NCBI GenBank assembly: GCA_045639125.1
Contig: JAZUCL010000021.1
Location: 11,526 to 75,525, forward strand
Length of the DNA stretch: 64,000 bases
Direction of reading: 5' to 3'
From: Eubacteriales bacterium
GTDB taxonomy: Bacteria; Bacillota; Clostridia; Oscillospirales; QAMX01
Shown: in pieces, positions 28,226 to 38,273 of the stretch
Numbering within the stretch: position 1 is the first letter of the stretch
Layout of the letters: each line of letters begins with the position of its first letter
Made by a program: the position numbers and the translations under genes
Notes under the pieces: model-generated
Database searches by the model: none
Told to the model about the DNA's origin: nothing
What the model saw: the letters and a program-made list of their open reading frames with translations, nothing else

Positions 28226-28489
28226 GTGTTTTCTAAGGAAGTACAGGTTCTAAATCATGTAGGCCTTTATGCAAAACCCGCAACTTTATTTACCCAGAAA
28301 GCAAACGAGTTTAAGAGTACTATTTGGATTGAAAAAGAGGAACGCCGTGTGAATGCTAAAAGTTTACTTGGTATTTTGGCATTGAGCATCGGTAAGGGCG
28401 AAACAATGACAATTATTGCTGAGGGTAACGATGAGCAAGAGGCTGTTGTTGCTCTTGTTGAATTAGTTACATCAAATTTCAGTGACTAA
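28226..28489 (+). CDS. HPr-family protein lacking the His15 phosphorylation site (Crh-like)
   Basis: GLYAKPA stands where HPr has G(I/L)HARPA. The Ser46 region VNAKSLLGIL is conserved. GTG start with AGGGAG RBS. Confidence 0.8.
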   Translation: MFSKEVQVLNHVGLYAKPATLFTQKANEFKSTIWIEKEERRVNAKSLLGILALSIGKGETMTIIAEGNDEQEAVVALVELVTSNFSD

Positions 28490-28520
28490 TTTTTGTGAAA
28501 TTTATACGTTATCACGGAGA

Positions 28521-28546
28521 ACCTCCCATATTTTGGGGGGTTTTTT
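28521..28546 (+). terminator. Rho-independent terminator
   Basis: cctccc-atatttt-gggggg followed by T6. Confidence 0.7.
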
Positions 28547-28585
28547 ATTATTATTACAAAAGTTACATTTTAGTTACAAAAGTTG

Positions 28586-28614
28586 TTGACGAATTGAAAA
28601 TTTTGTAGTATTAT
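28586..28614 (+). promoter_or_regulatory. Sigma-A promoter of uvrC
   Basis: TTGACG, 17 nt spacer, TATTAT. Confidence 0.5.
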
Positions 28615-28659
28615 AGTAATTGTAAAAACGGAAATTTGCTTAAATAAGAAATTGGTATT

Positions 28660-30495
28660 ATGAACGAGTTTGAATTGCGAAAAAAAGCATTAAGTTTACC
28701 CTTGAAATCAGGCGTATATTTGATGAAAAACAGCCGAGGCGTCATACTGTATGTCGGTAAGGCGAAGATATTACGCAATAGGGTATATTCCTACTTCCAC
28801 GCAGCAGGTAGTCATACGGTAAAAGTGGCTACAATGGTATCTCATGTGAGTGATTTTGATGTCATCATTACGAATACTGAATTCGAGGCACTGATGCTTG
28901 AAAATTCTCTTATCAAACATCACAAGCCTAAGTACAATATTCTTCTTAAAGATGACAAGGGGTATCCGTTTATACGAGTAGACGAGTCCCAAGCCTTTCC
29001 CTCCTTTTCCCTTGTCATGAAACGTGGCGATGATGGTGCAAAATATTTTGGACCGTATCGAGGGCGGCGAGTTGCAAACGAGGTTATTGACACCTTAAAC
29101 GATACGTTTCGTTTGCCTGTGTGTACAAAGAAGTTCCCAAGAGACATTGGCAGGGTACGACCGTGTCTTAATAAACACCTTGAAAAATGCGTTTGTGTAT
29201 GTGACGGCAGTATAAGAAGCGAACAGTTTCATGAACTTATTAGCCAAGCAATAATGCTTTTAGAGGGGAAAAGTGGCAATTTAACGTCCGATTTACGTAA
29301 AAAAATGGAATTGGCAGCAGAGAACCTTGATTTTGAAAAGGCGGCACGTATTCGTGACCGAATTGCTGCAATTGAGAAACTCGGTCAACGACAGAAAGTT
29401 GTTGCAAATCGTGTTCCTGACATTGATATTGTGTGTATTTATCCGGGCTTGGTTCGTTCTTGCGGAGTAGTTCTTCACTACGTTGACGGAGCGTTGCTTG
29501 GAAAGGATATTGAGATTATAGATACAACTCTTGAACAAGGTGATTTGCCCGATGCCATGGAAGAATTTATCAAGCAATATTATCGTGTTCAATCTATGAT
29601 TCCATCTCTTCTTGCAGTTAACTGTGAGATTGACGAAGACGGAGTAATTTCAAGTTGGCTTTCTCAGGAAGCGGGGCATAAAGTAACGATAGAAACCCCA
29701 AAGCGTGGAGATAAACGTAGGCTTATAGAATTGGCAATGGAAAATGCTTATGAAGAGGCACGTCTTGCCACTACTACTGAGGAAAGAACAGCAAAGATTT
29801 TAGGTACTCTTGCCACGATGGCTGATATGAGTGAATTACCAACACGAATTGAAGCGTATGACATATCAAATACGGCGGGCGGAGAGAACGTAGGTGGCAT
29901 GATTGTGCTTACGAATGGAAAGTTCAGCCGAGCAGACTACCGAAGGTTTCAAATTAAAAGCGTTGCAGGTCAAGATGACTATGCATCAATGGCTGAAATG
30001 ATTACAAGACGATTTGAAAACTTACTTTCTGCTGACAAAGGATTTAGTGACTCTCCTCAACTTGTGTTGATTGACGGAGGTGCAACTCATGCGGCTACGG
30101 CAGTTGAGACTCTTAGACAACTTGGAGTGGCGGTGACAGTGCTTGGCATGGTAAAAGATGACAAGCATCGTACACGAGCACTTGTGACGCCTGACGGCAG
30201 AGAGATAGGTCTTTTGACAACACCATCAGTTTTTGCATTTATTGGCACGATACAAGAGGAAGTTCATAGATATACTATTGATTATCACCGCAAATTGCGT
30301 GGAAAGAAAATGACAGGTTCATCACTTGACGCTATTGATGGAATTGGCCCTCAACGGCGAAAAGCGTTGCTGAAAAGATTTCGTACCATTGAAGCGATAC
30401 GGAATGCGACAGTTGAAGAATTGTCGCTGGCAGTACCAAAAAATGCTGCGAAAGCGGTGTATGACCACTATCACAACAAAACGGAGAACAAATAA
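28660..30495 (+). CDS. uvrC: Excinuclease ABC subunit C
   Basis: GIY-YIG N-terminus (GVYLMKN...ILYVGKA), a UVR domain and a C-terminal HhH2 domain. Confidence 0.92.
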   Translation: MNEFELRKKALSLPLKSGVYLMKNSRGVILYVGKAKILRNRVYSYFHAAGSHTVKVATMVSHVSDFDVIITNTEFEALMLENSLIKHHKPKYNILLKDDKGYPFIRVDESQAFPSFSLVMKRGDDGAKYFGPYRGRRVANEVIDTLNDTFRLPVCTKKFPRDIGRVRPCLNKHLEKCVCVCDGSIRSEQFHELISQAIMLLEGKSGNLTSDLRKKMELAAENLDFEKAARIRDRIAAIEKLGQRQKVVANRVPDIDIVCIYPGLVRSCGVVLHYVDGALLGKDIEIIDTTLEQGDLPDAMEEFIKQYYRVQSMIPSLLAVNCEIDEDGVISSWLSQEAGHKVTIETPKRGDKRRLIELAMENAYEEARLATTTEERTAKILGTLATMADMSELPTRIEAYDISNTAGGENVGGMIVLTNGKFSRADYRRFQIKSVAGQDDYASMAEMITRRFENLLSADKGFSDSPQLVLIDGGATHAATAVETLRQLGVAVTVLGMVKDDKHRTRALVTPDGREIGLLTTPSVFAFIGTIQEEVHRYTIDYHRKLRGKKMTGSSLDAIDGIGPQRRKALLKRFRTIEAIRNATVEELSLAVPKNAAKAVYDHYHNKTENK

Positions 30496-31070
30496 TGAGA
30501 GTAATAACAGGTATCGCAAGAGGCCGGAAACTTAAAAGCGTTGACGGAATGGACACTCGTCCTACAAGTGATCGCACAAAGGAATCGGTTTTTAATATTA
30601 TTCAATTCGATATAGAGGGACGTGCTGTACTTGACTTGTTTGCAGGTACGGGACAGTTGGGAATAGAGGCGTTGTCAAGAGGTGCAAGGTCTGCTGATTT
30701 TGTTGACCAGCGAGCAGATTGTGTCAAAGTTATAACTGAAAATGTCAAACATACAGGCTTTGAAACAGTATCTCGGATCCATCAGACCGACTACATGGCT
30801 TTTCTCTCACGAGCAAAGGCTGAAAGTTACGGACTTATTTTCCTTGACCCTCCTTACGGCAATTCAATGCTTCAAAAGAGTCTTGAAACTATCTTTAAGC
30901 GTGATTTGCTTATGACAGGCGGTTTAATCGTGTGCGAGGGACTTCGTACAGAGGAAATGCCTGACTCATTTGGTGCTTACGAAAAAGGCAAAGAGTATCT
31001 TTACGGTAAGAGTCGTATTCAACTATACATTAAGCGTGATGCGTGTGTTGATGACACGCAGAAAGCGTAA
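30495..31070 (+). CDS. rsmD: 16S rRNA (guanine966-N2)-methyltransferase RsmD
   Basis: MRVITG..RGRKL...TRPTSDR and FLDPPY are present. The start overlaps the uvrC stop. Confidence 0.88.
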   Translation: MRVITGIARGRKLKSVDGMDTRPTSDRTKESVFNIIQFDIEGRAVLDLFAGTGQLGIEALSRGARSADFVDQRADCVKVITENVKHTGFETVSRIHQTDYMAFLSRAKAESYGLIFLDPPYGNSMLQKSLETIFKRDLLMTGGLIVCEGLRTEEMPDSFGAYEKGKEYLYGKSRIQLYIKRDACVDDTQKA

Positions 31071-31086
31071 AGAAGGGGCTGTTGAA

Positions 31087-31593
31087 ATGAGAATAGCGGT
31101 ATATCCCGGCAGTTTTGACCCGGTTACTAACGGGCATCTCGACATCATCAGCCGTGCCGGAGCATTATACGATAAACTTATCGTGGCGGTACTTGTCAAT
31201 TCAAACAAGAAACCGTATTTTTCCGTTGAGGAGCGAGTTGAGTTGCTGAAATCGACTATCCCTCATGTAGAAAACTGCGAAATTGAGGTTATGGCATTTG
31301 ATGGACTTTTAGCAGAGTTTGCGTCTAAAGTCGGTGCTTGTACCATAATTAAGGGCTTACGTGCTGTATCTGACTTTGAGTACGAATTTCAGATGGCACT
31401 TGCCAACAGAAAATTAAATCCAGATGTGGACACTGTCTTTTTGATGACCAGTAATGCAAATATGTATTTAAGTTCAAGTCTTGTCCGTGAAATCGGACGA
31501 TTAGGCGGCGATTTGTCTGACTTTGTACCACCACAGGTGGAAAAGGCAATGGCAAAGCGTGTGAGAGAGTTATTGCTCTACTCAAAAGAATAA
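31087..31593 (+). CDS. coaD: Phosphopantetheine adenylyltransferase
   Basis: MRIAVYPGSFDPVTNGHLDII. The start is moved to ATG 31087. Confidence 0.92.
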   Translation: MRIAVYPGSFDPVTNGHLDIISRAGALYDKLIVAVLVNSNKKPYFSVEERVELLKSTIPHVENCEIEVMAFDGLLAEFASKVGACTIIKGLRAVSDFEYEFQMALANRKLNPDVDTVFLMTSNANMYLSSSLVREIGRLGGDLSDFVPPQVEKAMAKRVRELLLYSKE

Positions 31594-31676
31594 TTTGTGT
31601 ATCTCCGCAAAATGCGGTGAAACGGTAGGATACATCCTACCGAATAATAAATAAAAATACGAAAGGGGCAAAAGTC

Positions 31677-32144
31677 ATGGCAGGCGGAATCGAAGATATC
31701 ATTGACATCTTGTACAATATGGTGGAGGATGCACACATCGTGCCTTTTGGCAAAGGAAAGGCAATGGTAGACAGGGAGAAAGTTCTTGACCTTTTGGACG
31801 AGGTTAGAGGCAACCTTCCTGCAGACATTAAGGCAGCACACGACATCGTTGAGAAGCGTAATGAACTTCTTGAAAATGCAAAGCGTGAGGCAGATGCAAT
31901 TCAAAAAGAGGCAGAGAATAAGGCACGTGCTATGGTAGATGAGAGTGAACTTGTTAACCTTGCAAAACGCCGTGCAAATGAAATAATTGCTAACTCTGAA
32001 ACAAAGTCCAAGGAAATTAAGGACATGACAAACGCATACTGCGAAGAAATACTTAAGAAAACTGAAACAGCAGTACAGAAGTCTTTGACCGATATTTCTA
32101 CATTGCGTACCCAGTTTAATCAGGCTGTAAACGTAAATAAGTAA
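31677..32144 (+). CDS. Conserved coiled-coil protein of unknown function (ATP-synthase-b-like charged helix)
   Basis: 155 aa, rich in E/K/A heptads. RBS GAAAGGGG. It sits immediately upstream of the dcw promoter. Confidence 0.6.
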   Translation: MAGGIEDIIDILYNMVEDAHIVPFGKGKAMVDREKVLDLLDEVRGNLPADIKAAHDIVEKRNELLENAKREADAIQKEAENKARAMVDESELVNLAKRRANEIIANSETKSKEIKDMTNAYCEEILKKTETAVQKSLTDISTLRTQFNQAVNVNK

Positions 32145-32165
32145 GGTAAAAAACAAATGTAAATA

Positions 32166-32201
32166 ACGAAGATTCCGACTCCACACCCTCGGAATCTTCG
32201 T
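32166..32201 (+). terminator. 13-bp perfect hairpin after the coiled-coil gene (no T tail)
   Basis: acgaagattccga-ctccacaccc-tcggaatcttcgt. Confidence 0.4.
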
Positions 32202-32281
32202 AGAAACATTTGTTCTGTACCAAAAAACCTAAAAAAATGTGATTTTTTTCATTTTTTTTGAAAAAAAGTTAAAATTTCCTC

Positions 32282-32309
32282 TTGCTTTTTTCTAAATTGC
32301 TGTTATAAT
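32282..32309 (+). promoter_or_regulatory. dcw (Pmra) promoter with extended -10
   Basis: TTGCTT, 16 nt spacer ending in TGT, then TATAAT. A/T tracts lie upstream. Confidence 0.6.
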
Positions 32310-32321
32310 AGTAAGTAGTTG

Positions 32322-32345
32322 GTGGAAGAAAGTGGCGGAAAGTGG
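32322..32345 (+). promoter_or_regulatory. Putative MraZ operator: three GTGG repeats at exact 10-nt spacing
   Basis: GTGG occurs at 32322, 32332 and 32342 (gGTGGaagaaaGTGGcggaaaGTGGt), just downstream of the -10. Confidence 0.6.
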
Positions 32346-32385
32346 TAAAAACACCCACCAACAAGGCGAAGGGTGGTGTGGCAAT

Positions 32386-32808
32386 ATGACAGGTGAGTTT
32401 CTTCATTCTATTGATGTGAAGGGACGTCTTATGTTCCCGTCAAGACTTAAAGAAGAACTTGGCGAGTCCTTTTATGTAACGAAGGGCTTGGATCACTGTC
32501 TGTTTGTCTACTCACTCGAGGCATGGAAAGCGTTTGAGGACAAAATTCGTTCACTTCCGATTTCAAAGTCGAGAGATTTACAGCGTTTTTTCTTCTCAGG
32601 GGCTTGTCTTTGCACTTGTGACGGTCAGGGACGAATTCTTCTTCCACAGACTTTGCGTGAGTATGCAGGTCTTAAAAAGGAACTTTGTACGATAGGCGTA
32701 TCAGAAAGAGCAGAAATTTGGGATGCAGAACGCTGGCAACAGTACAATTCTAATATGGAGAAGGATTCTGAAAAGATTGCCGAGGCGATGGAGGAACTTG
32801 GATTTTAA
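32386..32808 (+). CDS. mraZ: Transcriptional regulator MraZ
   Basis: HSIDVKGRLMFPSRL and a second SpoVT/AbrB-like repeat DGQGRILLPQTLR. The start is moved to ATG 32386. Confidence 0.9.
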   Translation: MTGEFLHSIDVKGRLMFPSRLKEELGESFYVTKGLDHCLFVYSLEAWKAFEDKIRSLPISKSRDLQRFFFSGACLCTCDGQGRILLPQTLREYAGLKKELCTIGVSERAEIWDAERWQQYNSNMEKDSEKIAEAMEELGF

Positions 32809-33740
32809 TGGAGCGAAAACACGTTTCGGTACTGTATGAGGAGAGCGTTAATCTTCTTAATGTGAAGCCTGACGGCATCTATGTAGATGCTACTATGGGC
32901 GGAGCGGGACATAGTGCGTATATTGCAGGCAAGTTGAGTAGCGGTCATCTGTTTGCATTTGATAAAGATGATGTTGCTATTTTTGAGGCAGCAAAGAAGT
33001 TGGAGTCAGTTAAGGATCGTGTAACGGTTATTCGCAGCGACTTCCGCTTTATGAAAGAAAGACTTACTGATATTGGCGTAAATGGCGTAGACGGAATATT
33101 GTTTGACATTGGCGTATCGTCATTTCAACTTGACGAGGCTGACAGAGGTTTTTCCTATATGCAGGACGCTGCCCTTGATATGCGTATGGATCAAACCCAA
33201 GCACTTGACGCAAAGGAATTGGTTAATACCTTGTCCTTTGAAGAACTGAGAGACATTCTTTACACCTATGGCGAGGAACGATATGCATCTGCAATCGCAT
33301 CGCTAATTGTAAAGACGAGAGAAACACACGAAATTACAAGTACATTAGAACTTGCGGATATATGCAGAGCCGCAATGCCTCCGTCAGCACGCAGAGAAAA
33401 GCAACACCCTGCAAAGAGAACTTTTCAGGCGTTGCGTATCGTTGTCAATGACGAACTTGGTGCTTTGAAAGAGGCACTTGACAAGGCAGTTGCACTTCTT
33501 AATCCGGGGGGAAGAGTTCTTGTAATTACTTTCCATTCCTTGGAGGATAGGATAGTAAAACAGTGTTTTGCAAGTTATGCGAAAGGCTGTACCTGTCCAT
33601 CGGACTTTCCAGTTTGTGTGTGCGGAAAGAAACCGACATTGAAACTCTTAGGGTCTAAGCCTGTAGTTCCCTCTAATGAGGAACTTAAGGCAAATCCACG
33701 AGCACGTAGTGCAAAACTTCGTACCGCAGTTAAATTGTAA
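32808..33740 (+). CDS. rsmH: 16S rRNA (cytosine1402-N4)-methyltransferase RsmH
   Basis: HVSVL...DATMGGAGHS and FHSLEDR motifs. Confidence 0.92.
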   Translation: MERKHVSVLYEESVNLLNVKPDGIYVDATMGGAGHSAYIAGKLSSGHLFAFDKDDVAIFEAAKKLESVKDRVTVIRSDFRFMKERLTDIGVNGVDGILFDIGVSSFQLDEADRGFSYMQDAALDMRMDQTQALDAKELVNTLSFEELRDILYTYGEERYASAIASLIVKTRETHEITSTLELADICRAAMPPSARREKQHPAKRTFQALRIVVNDELGALKEALDKAVALLNPGGRVLVITFHSLEDRIVKQCFASYAKGCTCPSDFPVCVCGKKPTLKLLGSKPVVPSNEELKANPRARSAKLRTAVKL

Positions 33741-33764
33741 AAAAACATTAACGGAGGGATATGA

Positions 33765-34325
33765 GTGGCAAACACGTCAAACCTGGCGGTAAATATTAAA
33801 GAGAAAACAACGTCCGATGGAAAAACCGTTGCGACTGATAATATAGTAAAACTTGACTTGTCCCGTTTCGACAGTCGTGATACGGTTAGAGAGGCTATCC
33901 GTCATGAAAACGAGGCGAAAGGCATGAAGCCAAGGGCTGTGTCTTTGCCTAAGCGTATTTCTTTATCTGCCGTATTATACTGTTTGGCGTTTACGGCACT
34001 TGCTCTTGTTCTTTTGTTTAGTTATCTTGATTTAACTGTACTGACAGACCAAGTTGCAGACAAGCAGGCTGAACTTATGGAACTTCAAAGCCGTGAGTCT
34101 ATACTTCGTACAGAGTATGACAAACGTCTTGACTTGAGCAGCATTGAAGAATATGCGGTCAATAATCTCAGTATGGTTAAACTTGAACGCAGTCAACTTG
34201 AATACATAGAGATTAAAGCCCCTGAGATGATTACTATGATCTCTCCAAACGAAAATGAAAAATTGTCATACTATTTTGCAAACCTTACCAAGAGTTTCAA
34301 TGCTGTGCTTAAAAACCTCGATTAA
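33765..34325 (+). CDS. ftsL: Cell division protein FtsL-like (bitopic, coiled coil)
   Basis: Single TM helix followed by a coiled coil, located between rsmH and the PBP. GTG start with GGAGGG RBS. Confidence 0.65.
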   Translation: MANTSNLAVNIKEKTTSDGKTVATDNIVKLDLSRFDSRDTVREAIRHENEAKGMKPRAVSLPKRISLSAVLYCLAFTALALVLLFSYLDLTVLTDQVADKQAELMELQSRESILRTEYDKRLDLSSIEEYAVNNLSMVKLERSQLEYIEIKAPEMITMISPNENEKLSYYFANLTKSFNAVLKNLD

Positions 34326-34477
34326 TTCTAAACGGTAAAGTTCTAAAGTAGAAGATATAGAATATAATGAAACAGTAAAAGGAGTGGGGATGCACGATTG
34401 GATGATCGTCATTTCTTCTCCTTTTTGCGTATTTGAAGAATGATTAATATGTCGGATTTAGAAAGGATGGACAGAAA

Positions 34478-36787
34478 TTGAAACGTCCCCCAAAGATTAA
34501 ACATAGTTTTCCACCTAAGATAAAATTCGCTGAAAAGAATGCACCTGTTACAGATGTTTCCGTTTTACGCAGAACAAGAGTTGTCGCTTTTGTTCTGGGT
34601 GTTGTTATGTTTGCGGTGCTTGGAGTAAAACTCTTTTCAGTACAGATGATAGAGTTTGAAAAGTATCAGCAGAGGGCTGTTGGACAGCAGACTCGAAATG
34701 AAATAATCACACCGGCAAGAGGTGCTATATACGACAGAAATATGAAAGAACTTGCAATAAGTGCAAGTGTTGAAACGGTTGCAATAAATCCTAACGCAAT
34801 AAAGGCGTTGGAGGAAGATGCACACGACACCGCAGTTCTTGTTGCACAGGGTCTATCTGATATTCTCGGACTTGAGTATGATGAGATATATGAAAAAACT
34901 CAGAAAACAAAGAGTTATCATCAGTACATCATGCGAAAAATTGAAAAACCCCTTGCAGACGAAGTTCGTACATTTATAGATGCCAATAAACTAAGTGGTA
35001 TCATAACGCTTTATGACGATACAAAACGCTATTATCCATACGGCACTTTTGCTTGTCATATTCTTGGTTTTTGCGGCACAGACAACAACGGACTTTATGG
35101 CGTAGAATATGAATTTGACGATGTGCTTGCAGGTGAGCCGGGTCGTGTTATAGCGGCTAAAAACAACCTCGGTGTCGATATGCCCTATGAATACGAACAG
35201 TATTATGATGCAACTGATGGTGACAGTATAGTACTGACTATTGATGAGGTAATTCAGCACTACCTTGAAAAGCATCTTGAAACGGCTTATGCTTCAACCG
35301 ATGCACAGCAGGGTGTATATGGTATTGTTATGGACGTAAACACAGGTGAAATTCTTGCAATGGCAAATAAACCTGACTTTGACTTAAACGATCCATTTAC
35401 AATTACAGACGAAGAAGTTCTTGCTGCACTTAATATGATGGATGAAGAACTTCGTGCAACTGAAACAAAGACTCTTCGTGAAACTCTTTGGAGAAACAAG
35501 GCTGTCAACGATACATACGAGCCCGGTTCTGTATTTAAGATTATTACAGCGTCTATGGCGGTTGAGGAAAACCTCGTATCTCAATCTGAACACTTTAACT
35601 GTTCGGGTCACATGATGATAGGTAGCGAGCGTATCGGTTGCTGGAAAACGACTGGTCACGGTAGTCAGACGTTTGCAGAGGGTGTAATGCACTCTTGTAA
35701 CCCCGTATTTATGACACTCGGTCAGCGACTTGGCGCAAATACTTTCTTTAAGTATTTCCGTTCATTTGGTTTTACAGCAAAGACAGGTATTGAACTTCCT
35801 GGTGAAGCAGGTGGCTCATCTGTACTTTACTACGATGCGACTGGTCTTAAAGTGCCTACACAACTTGCTACTTCTTCTTTCGGTCAGGGCTTTAAGGTAA
35901 CTCCTTTGCAGATTATATCTGCTGTAAGTGCTGTTGCAAATGGCGGTACACTGTATAAGCCGACTGTCGTTAGCCGTGTAGTTGGTGCTGACGGTACTGT
36001 TAAGCATGACTTTACTGCAGAACCTATCAGACAGGTTGTTACTAAAGAAACTTCCGATTTGATGAATAATGTGCTTTCTCTTGTTGTATCAGGTGAAACA
36101 GGTACAGGTAAGAACGCTTACGTTAAAGGCTATCAGGTATGCGGTAAGACAGGTACATCACAGAAGATGGACGCCGATGGCGGTGAGGATCTTCGTATTG
36201 CATCTTTCTTGGGATATGCTCCTGCATGGGATCCGCAAGTTGCAGTTTTAGTCGTAATTGACGAGCCAATGACCGACATAAAGGGCGGTGGCTATCTTGC
36301 AGGACCTGTTGTTGCAAATGTGCTGTCAGACGTATTGCCATACCTTAATATTGAACCTCGATACACAGAGGATGAGGCAGAAACGCTTGATGTATATACA
36401 CCTAATTTTGTCGGCTTAACTCGTGAAGAGGCACAGGCAAAGGCAAAATCCGAAGGTCTTACAATTACATTCAAGGGCGATGAGAATATTATTACAGACC
36501 AAATACCGGCAGCAGGTGCTATTGTACCTAAGAATGTTGAGATGGTTCTGTATGCAGGCAGATATAAGTCAAGTTCACTTTTTACAGTACCTAATATTAC
36601 AGGTATGACCCTTGGCGGTATAAATCGTCTGCTTGATGGAACAGTATTCTATGTCCGTGCTGTTGGTGCAAAGCAAAACGCACCTCTTGCGTTGAGTGTT
36701 GCACAGTATCCTGCATACGGTGAACGTGTTGAGGCAGGTACTGTTATTACAGTAGAATTTGTAGATAAAACCCAGACAGTCGAATAG
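34478..36787 (+). CDS. Class B penicillin-binding protein (FtsI/SpoVD type) with two C-terminal PASTA repeats
   Basis: GSVFK (SxxK), HSCN (SxN) and KTGT motifs are present, with two PASTA-like repeats. The TTG start is uncertain. Confidence 0.88.
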   Translation: MKRPPKIKHSFPPKIKFAEKNAPVTDVSVLRRTRVVAFVLGVVMFAVLGVKLFSVQMIEFEKYQQRAVGQQTRNEIITPARGAIYDRNMKELAISASVETVAINPNAIKALEEDAHDTAVLVAQGLSDILGLEYDEIYEKTQKTKSYHQYIMRKIEKPLADEVRTFIDANKLSGIITLYDDTKRYYPYGTFACHILGFCGTDNNGLYGVEYEFDDVLAGEPGRVIAAKNNLGVDMPYEYEQYYDATDGDSIVLTIDEVIQHYLEKHLETAYASTDAQQGVYGIVMDVNTGEILAMANKPDFDLNDPFTITDEEVLAALNMMDEELRATETKTLRETLWRNKAVNDTYEPGSVFKIITASMAVEENLVSQSEHFNCSGHMMIGSERIGCWKTTGHGSQTFAEGVMHSCNPVFMTLGQRLGANTFFKYFRSFGFTAKTGIELPGEAGGSSVLYYDATGLKVPTQLATSSFGQGFKVTPLQIISAVSAVANGGTLYKPTVVSRVVGADGTVKHDFTAEPIRQVVTKETSDLMNNVLSLVVSGETGTGKNAYVKGYQVCGKTGTSQKMDADGGEDLRIASFLGYAPAWDPQVAVLVVIDEPMTDIKGGGYLAGPVVANVLSDVLPYLNIEPRYTEDEAETLDVYTPNFVGLTREEAQAKAKSEGLTITFKGDENIITDQIPAAGAIVPKNVEMVLYAGRYKSSSLFTVPNITGMTLGGINRLLDGTVFYVRAVGAKQNAPLALSVAQYPAYGERVEAGTVITVEFVDKTQTVE

Positions 36788-36812
36788 TAGTTGGCAGAAA
36801 GGTGGAGGGACA

Positions 36813-38258
36813 ATGCGTCTTGGAGAACTTTTGCATGGTGTGGATATTGTATCCTGTGCCGCAGATTTAAGTGCAGAAATTACAGATGTCTGTTTCGATT
36901 CACGCATGGTAAATGAAAAGAGCGTATATGTAGCGTCAAAACGTCCCAACGCTGATGGCCACGACTATATAAATGCTGCCATCTCGGCAGGTGCGGCAGT
37001 CATTATTTCTGAAAAGATTGTTCCCAACTACCCAAATGTCGTTGTTAAAAACGGCTGTTTTGCCCTTGCTGTAATGTCGGGAAATCTCTATGGAAATCCT
37101 GCTGAACGTATGACAATTATCGGTGTTACAGGTACAAAAGGGAAAACAACAACAGCGTATATGATAAAGTATATGCTTGAAAAAACCGTCAAGGCAAAAG
37201 TCGGTCTTATTGGTACTGTATGCAACATGGCGGGAGAAGAAATTCTTGAAAATGCAAAGAATACAACACCTGAAGCACCTCAACTTCAAGCACTGCTAAG
37301 TCAGATGGAAAAGAAGGGCTGTACTCATGTTGTAATGGAAGTTTCAAGTCATGCCCTTGCATTTGACCGCTTGACAAATATCCGTTTTAATGTGGGAATA
37401 TTCAATAACTTTTCACAAGATCACCTTGACTTTCACGGCACTATGGAGAATTATCTCAAATCAAAAAGCATACTGTTTGATATAAGCGACCTTGGTGCTG
37501 TCAATATTGATGACCCTGCAAGCGAATATATAATGGAGAACACGTGGGCGAAGAAACTTACATTTGGTATTTGCAATGAAAGTGCAATGCTTCGTGGCGA
37601 AAATGTGAAACTTCTTGGCGGTGACGGTGTTTCTTTTACAGTAGAAGATGTTTCTTTTACACTTCCGATACCGGGAATGTTTACAGTATACAATGCAATG
37701 AGTACAATTAGTTGTGCTAAACTGTTAGGTATTGATTTGTCACTTGCTGCAAAGGCACTTTCAAGTATGCACGGTGTACCCGGGCGAATCGAGTCAATTC
37801 CTTGTGAAAAGCCCTTTAACGTAATTGTGGATTACGCTCACTCTCCCGACAGTATGGAAAAAGTGTTAGAGGCGGTAAAAGAGTTTACTAATGGCAAGAT
37901 AATATCGGTATTTGGCTGTGGTGGTAATCGTGACCGCACAAAAAGACCGAAGATGGCACAAGCGGCGGCAAAATACTCAGATTATGTAGTTGTCACAACT
38001 GATAATCCGAGATTTGAAGAACCTATTGAGATTATTAAGGAAATTTTGCCGGGTATTTGCGATAGTAGATGTCCATACGAGGTTTTGGTTGACAGAGAGG
38101 CGGCTATTGGTAAGGCGATTTCTCTTGCAGAGTGTGGCGATACTGTTTTAATTATGGGTAAAGGTCATGAGAATTATCAAGAGATACGAGGCGTAAGACA
38201 CCACTTTGATGACCGTGAAATTGCAAGAAAGTATTTGGAAACGGCGTCAAAGAGATAA
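36813..38258 (+). CDS. murE: UDP-MurNAc-L-Ala-D-Glu:meso-diaminopimelate ligase
   Basis: GVTGTKGKTTT is present. The DNPR motif is consistent with meso-DAP specificity. Confidence 0.9.
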   Translation: MRLGELLHGVDIVSCAADLSAEITDVCFDSRMVNEKSVYVASKRPNADGHDYINAAISAGAAVIISEKIVPNYPNVVVKNGCFALAVMSGNLYGNPAERMTIIGVTGTKGKTTTAYMIKYMLEKTVKAKVGLIGTVCNMAGEEILENAKNTTPEAPQLQALLSQMEKKGCTHVVMEVSSHALAFDRLTNIRFNVGIFNNFSQDHLDFHGTMENYLKSKSILFDISDLGAVNIDDPASEYIMENTWAKKLTFGICNESAMLRGENVKLLGGDGVSFTVEDVSFTLPIPGMFTVYNAMSTISCAKLLGIDLSLAAKALSSMHGVPGRIESIPCEKPFNVIVDYAHSPDSMEKVLEAVKEFTNGKIISVFGCGGNRDRTKRPKMAQAAAKYSDYVVVTTDNPRFEEPIEIIKEILPGICDSRCPYEVLVDREAAIGKAISLAECGDTVLIMGKGHENYQEIRGVRHHFDDREIARKYLETASKR

Positions 38259-38273
38259 AGGAGCAACGAAAAC

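Noticed and set aside
31578-32186. 202-aa minus-strand ORF covering the coiled-coil gene
   Set aside because: The plus-strand 155-aa ORF has an RBS, a coherent heptad sequence and a downstream hairpin. The minus ORF is Cys/Phe/Leu-rich with no signals.
32332-32385. GTG 32332 as the mraZ start (track ORF with an MAESGKNTHQQGEGWCGN extension)
   Set aside because: The extension overlaps the phased GTGG operator and has no RBS. MraZ proteins begin at M-x-G-x-F, and ATG 32386 has a GAAGGGTGG RBS.
34390-34443. 17-codon ORF with an AAAGGAG RBS (MHDWMIVISSPFCVFEE) between ftsL and the PBP gene
   Set aside because: It could be a leader peptide, but it is very short and has no known precedent at this position. 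It is indistinguishable from chance without conservation data.
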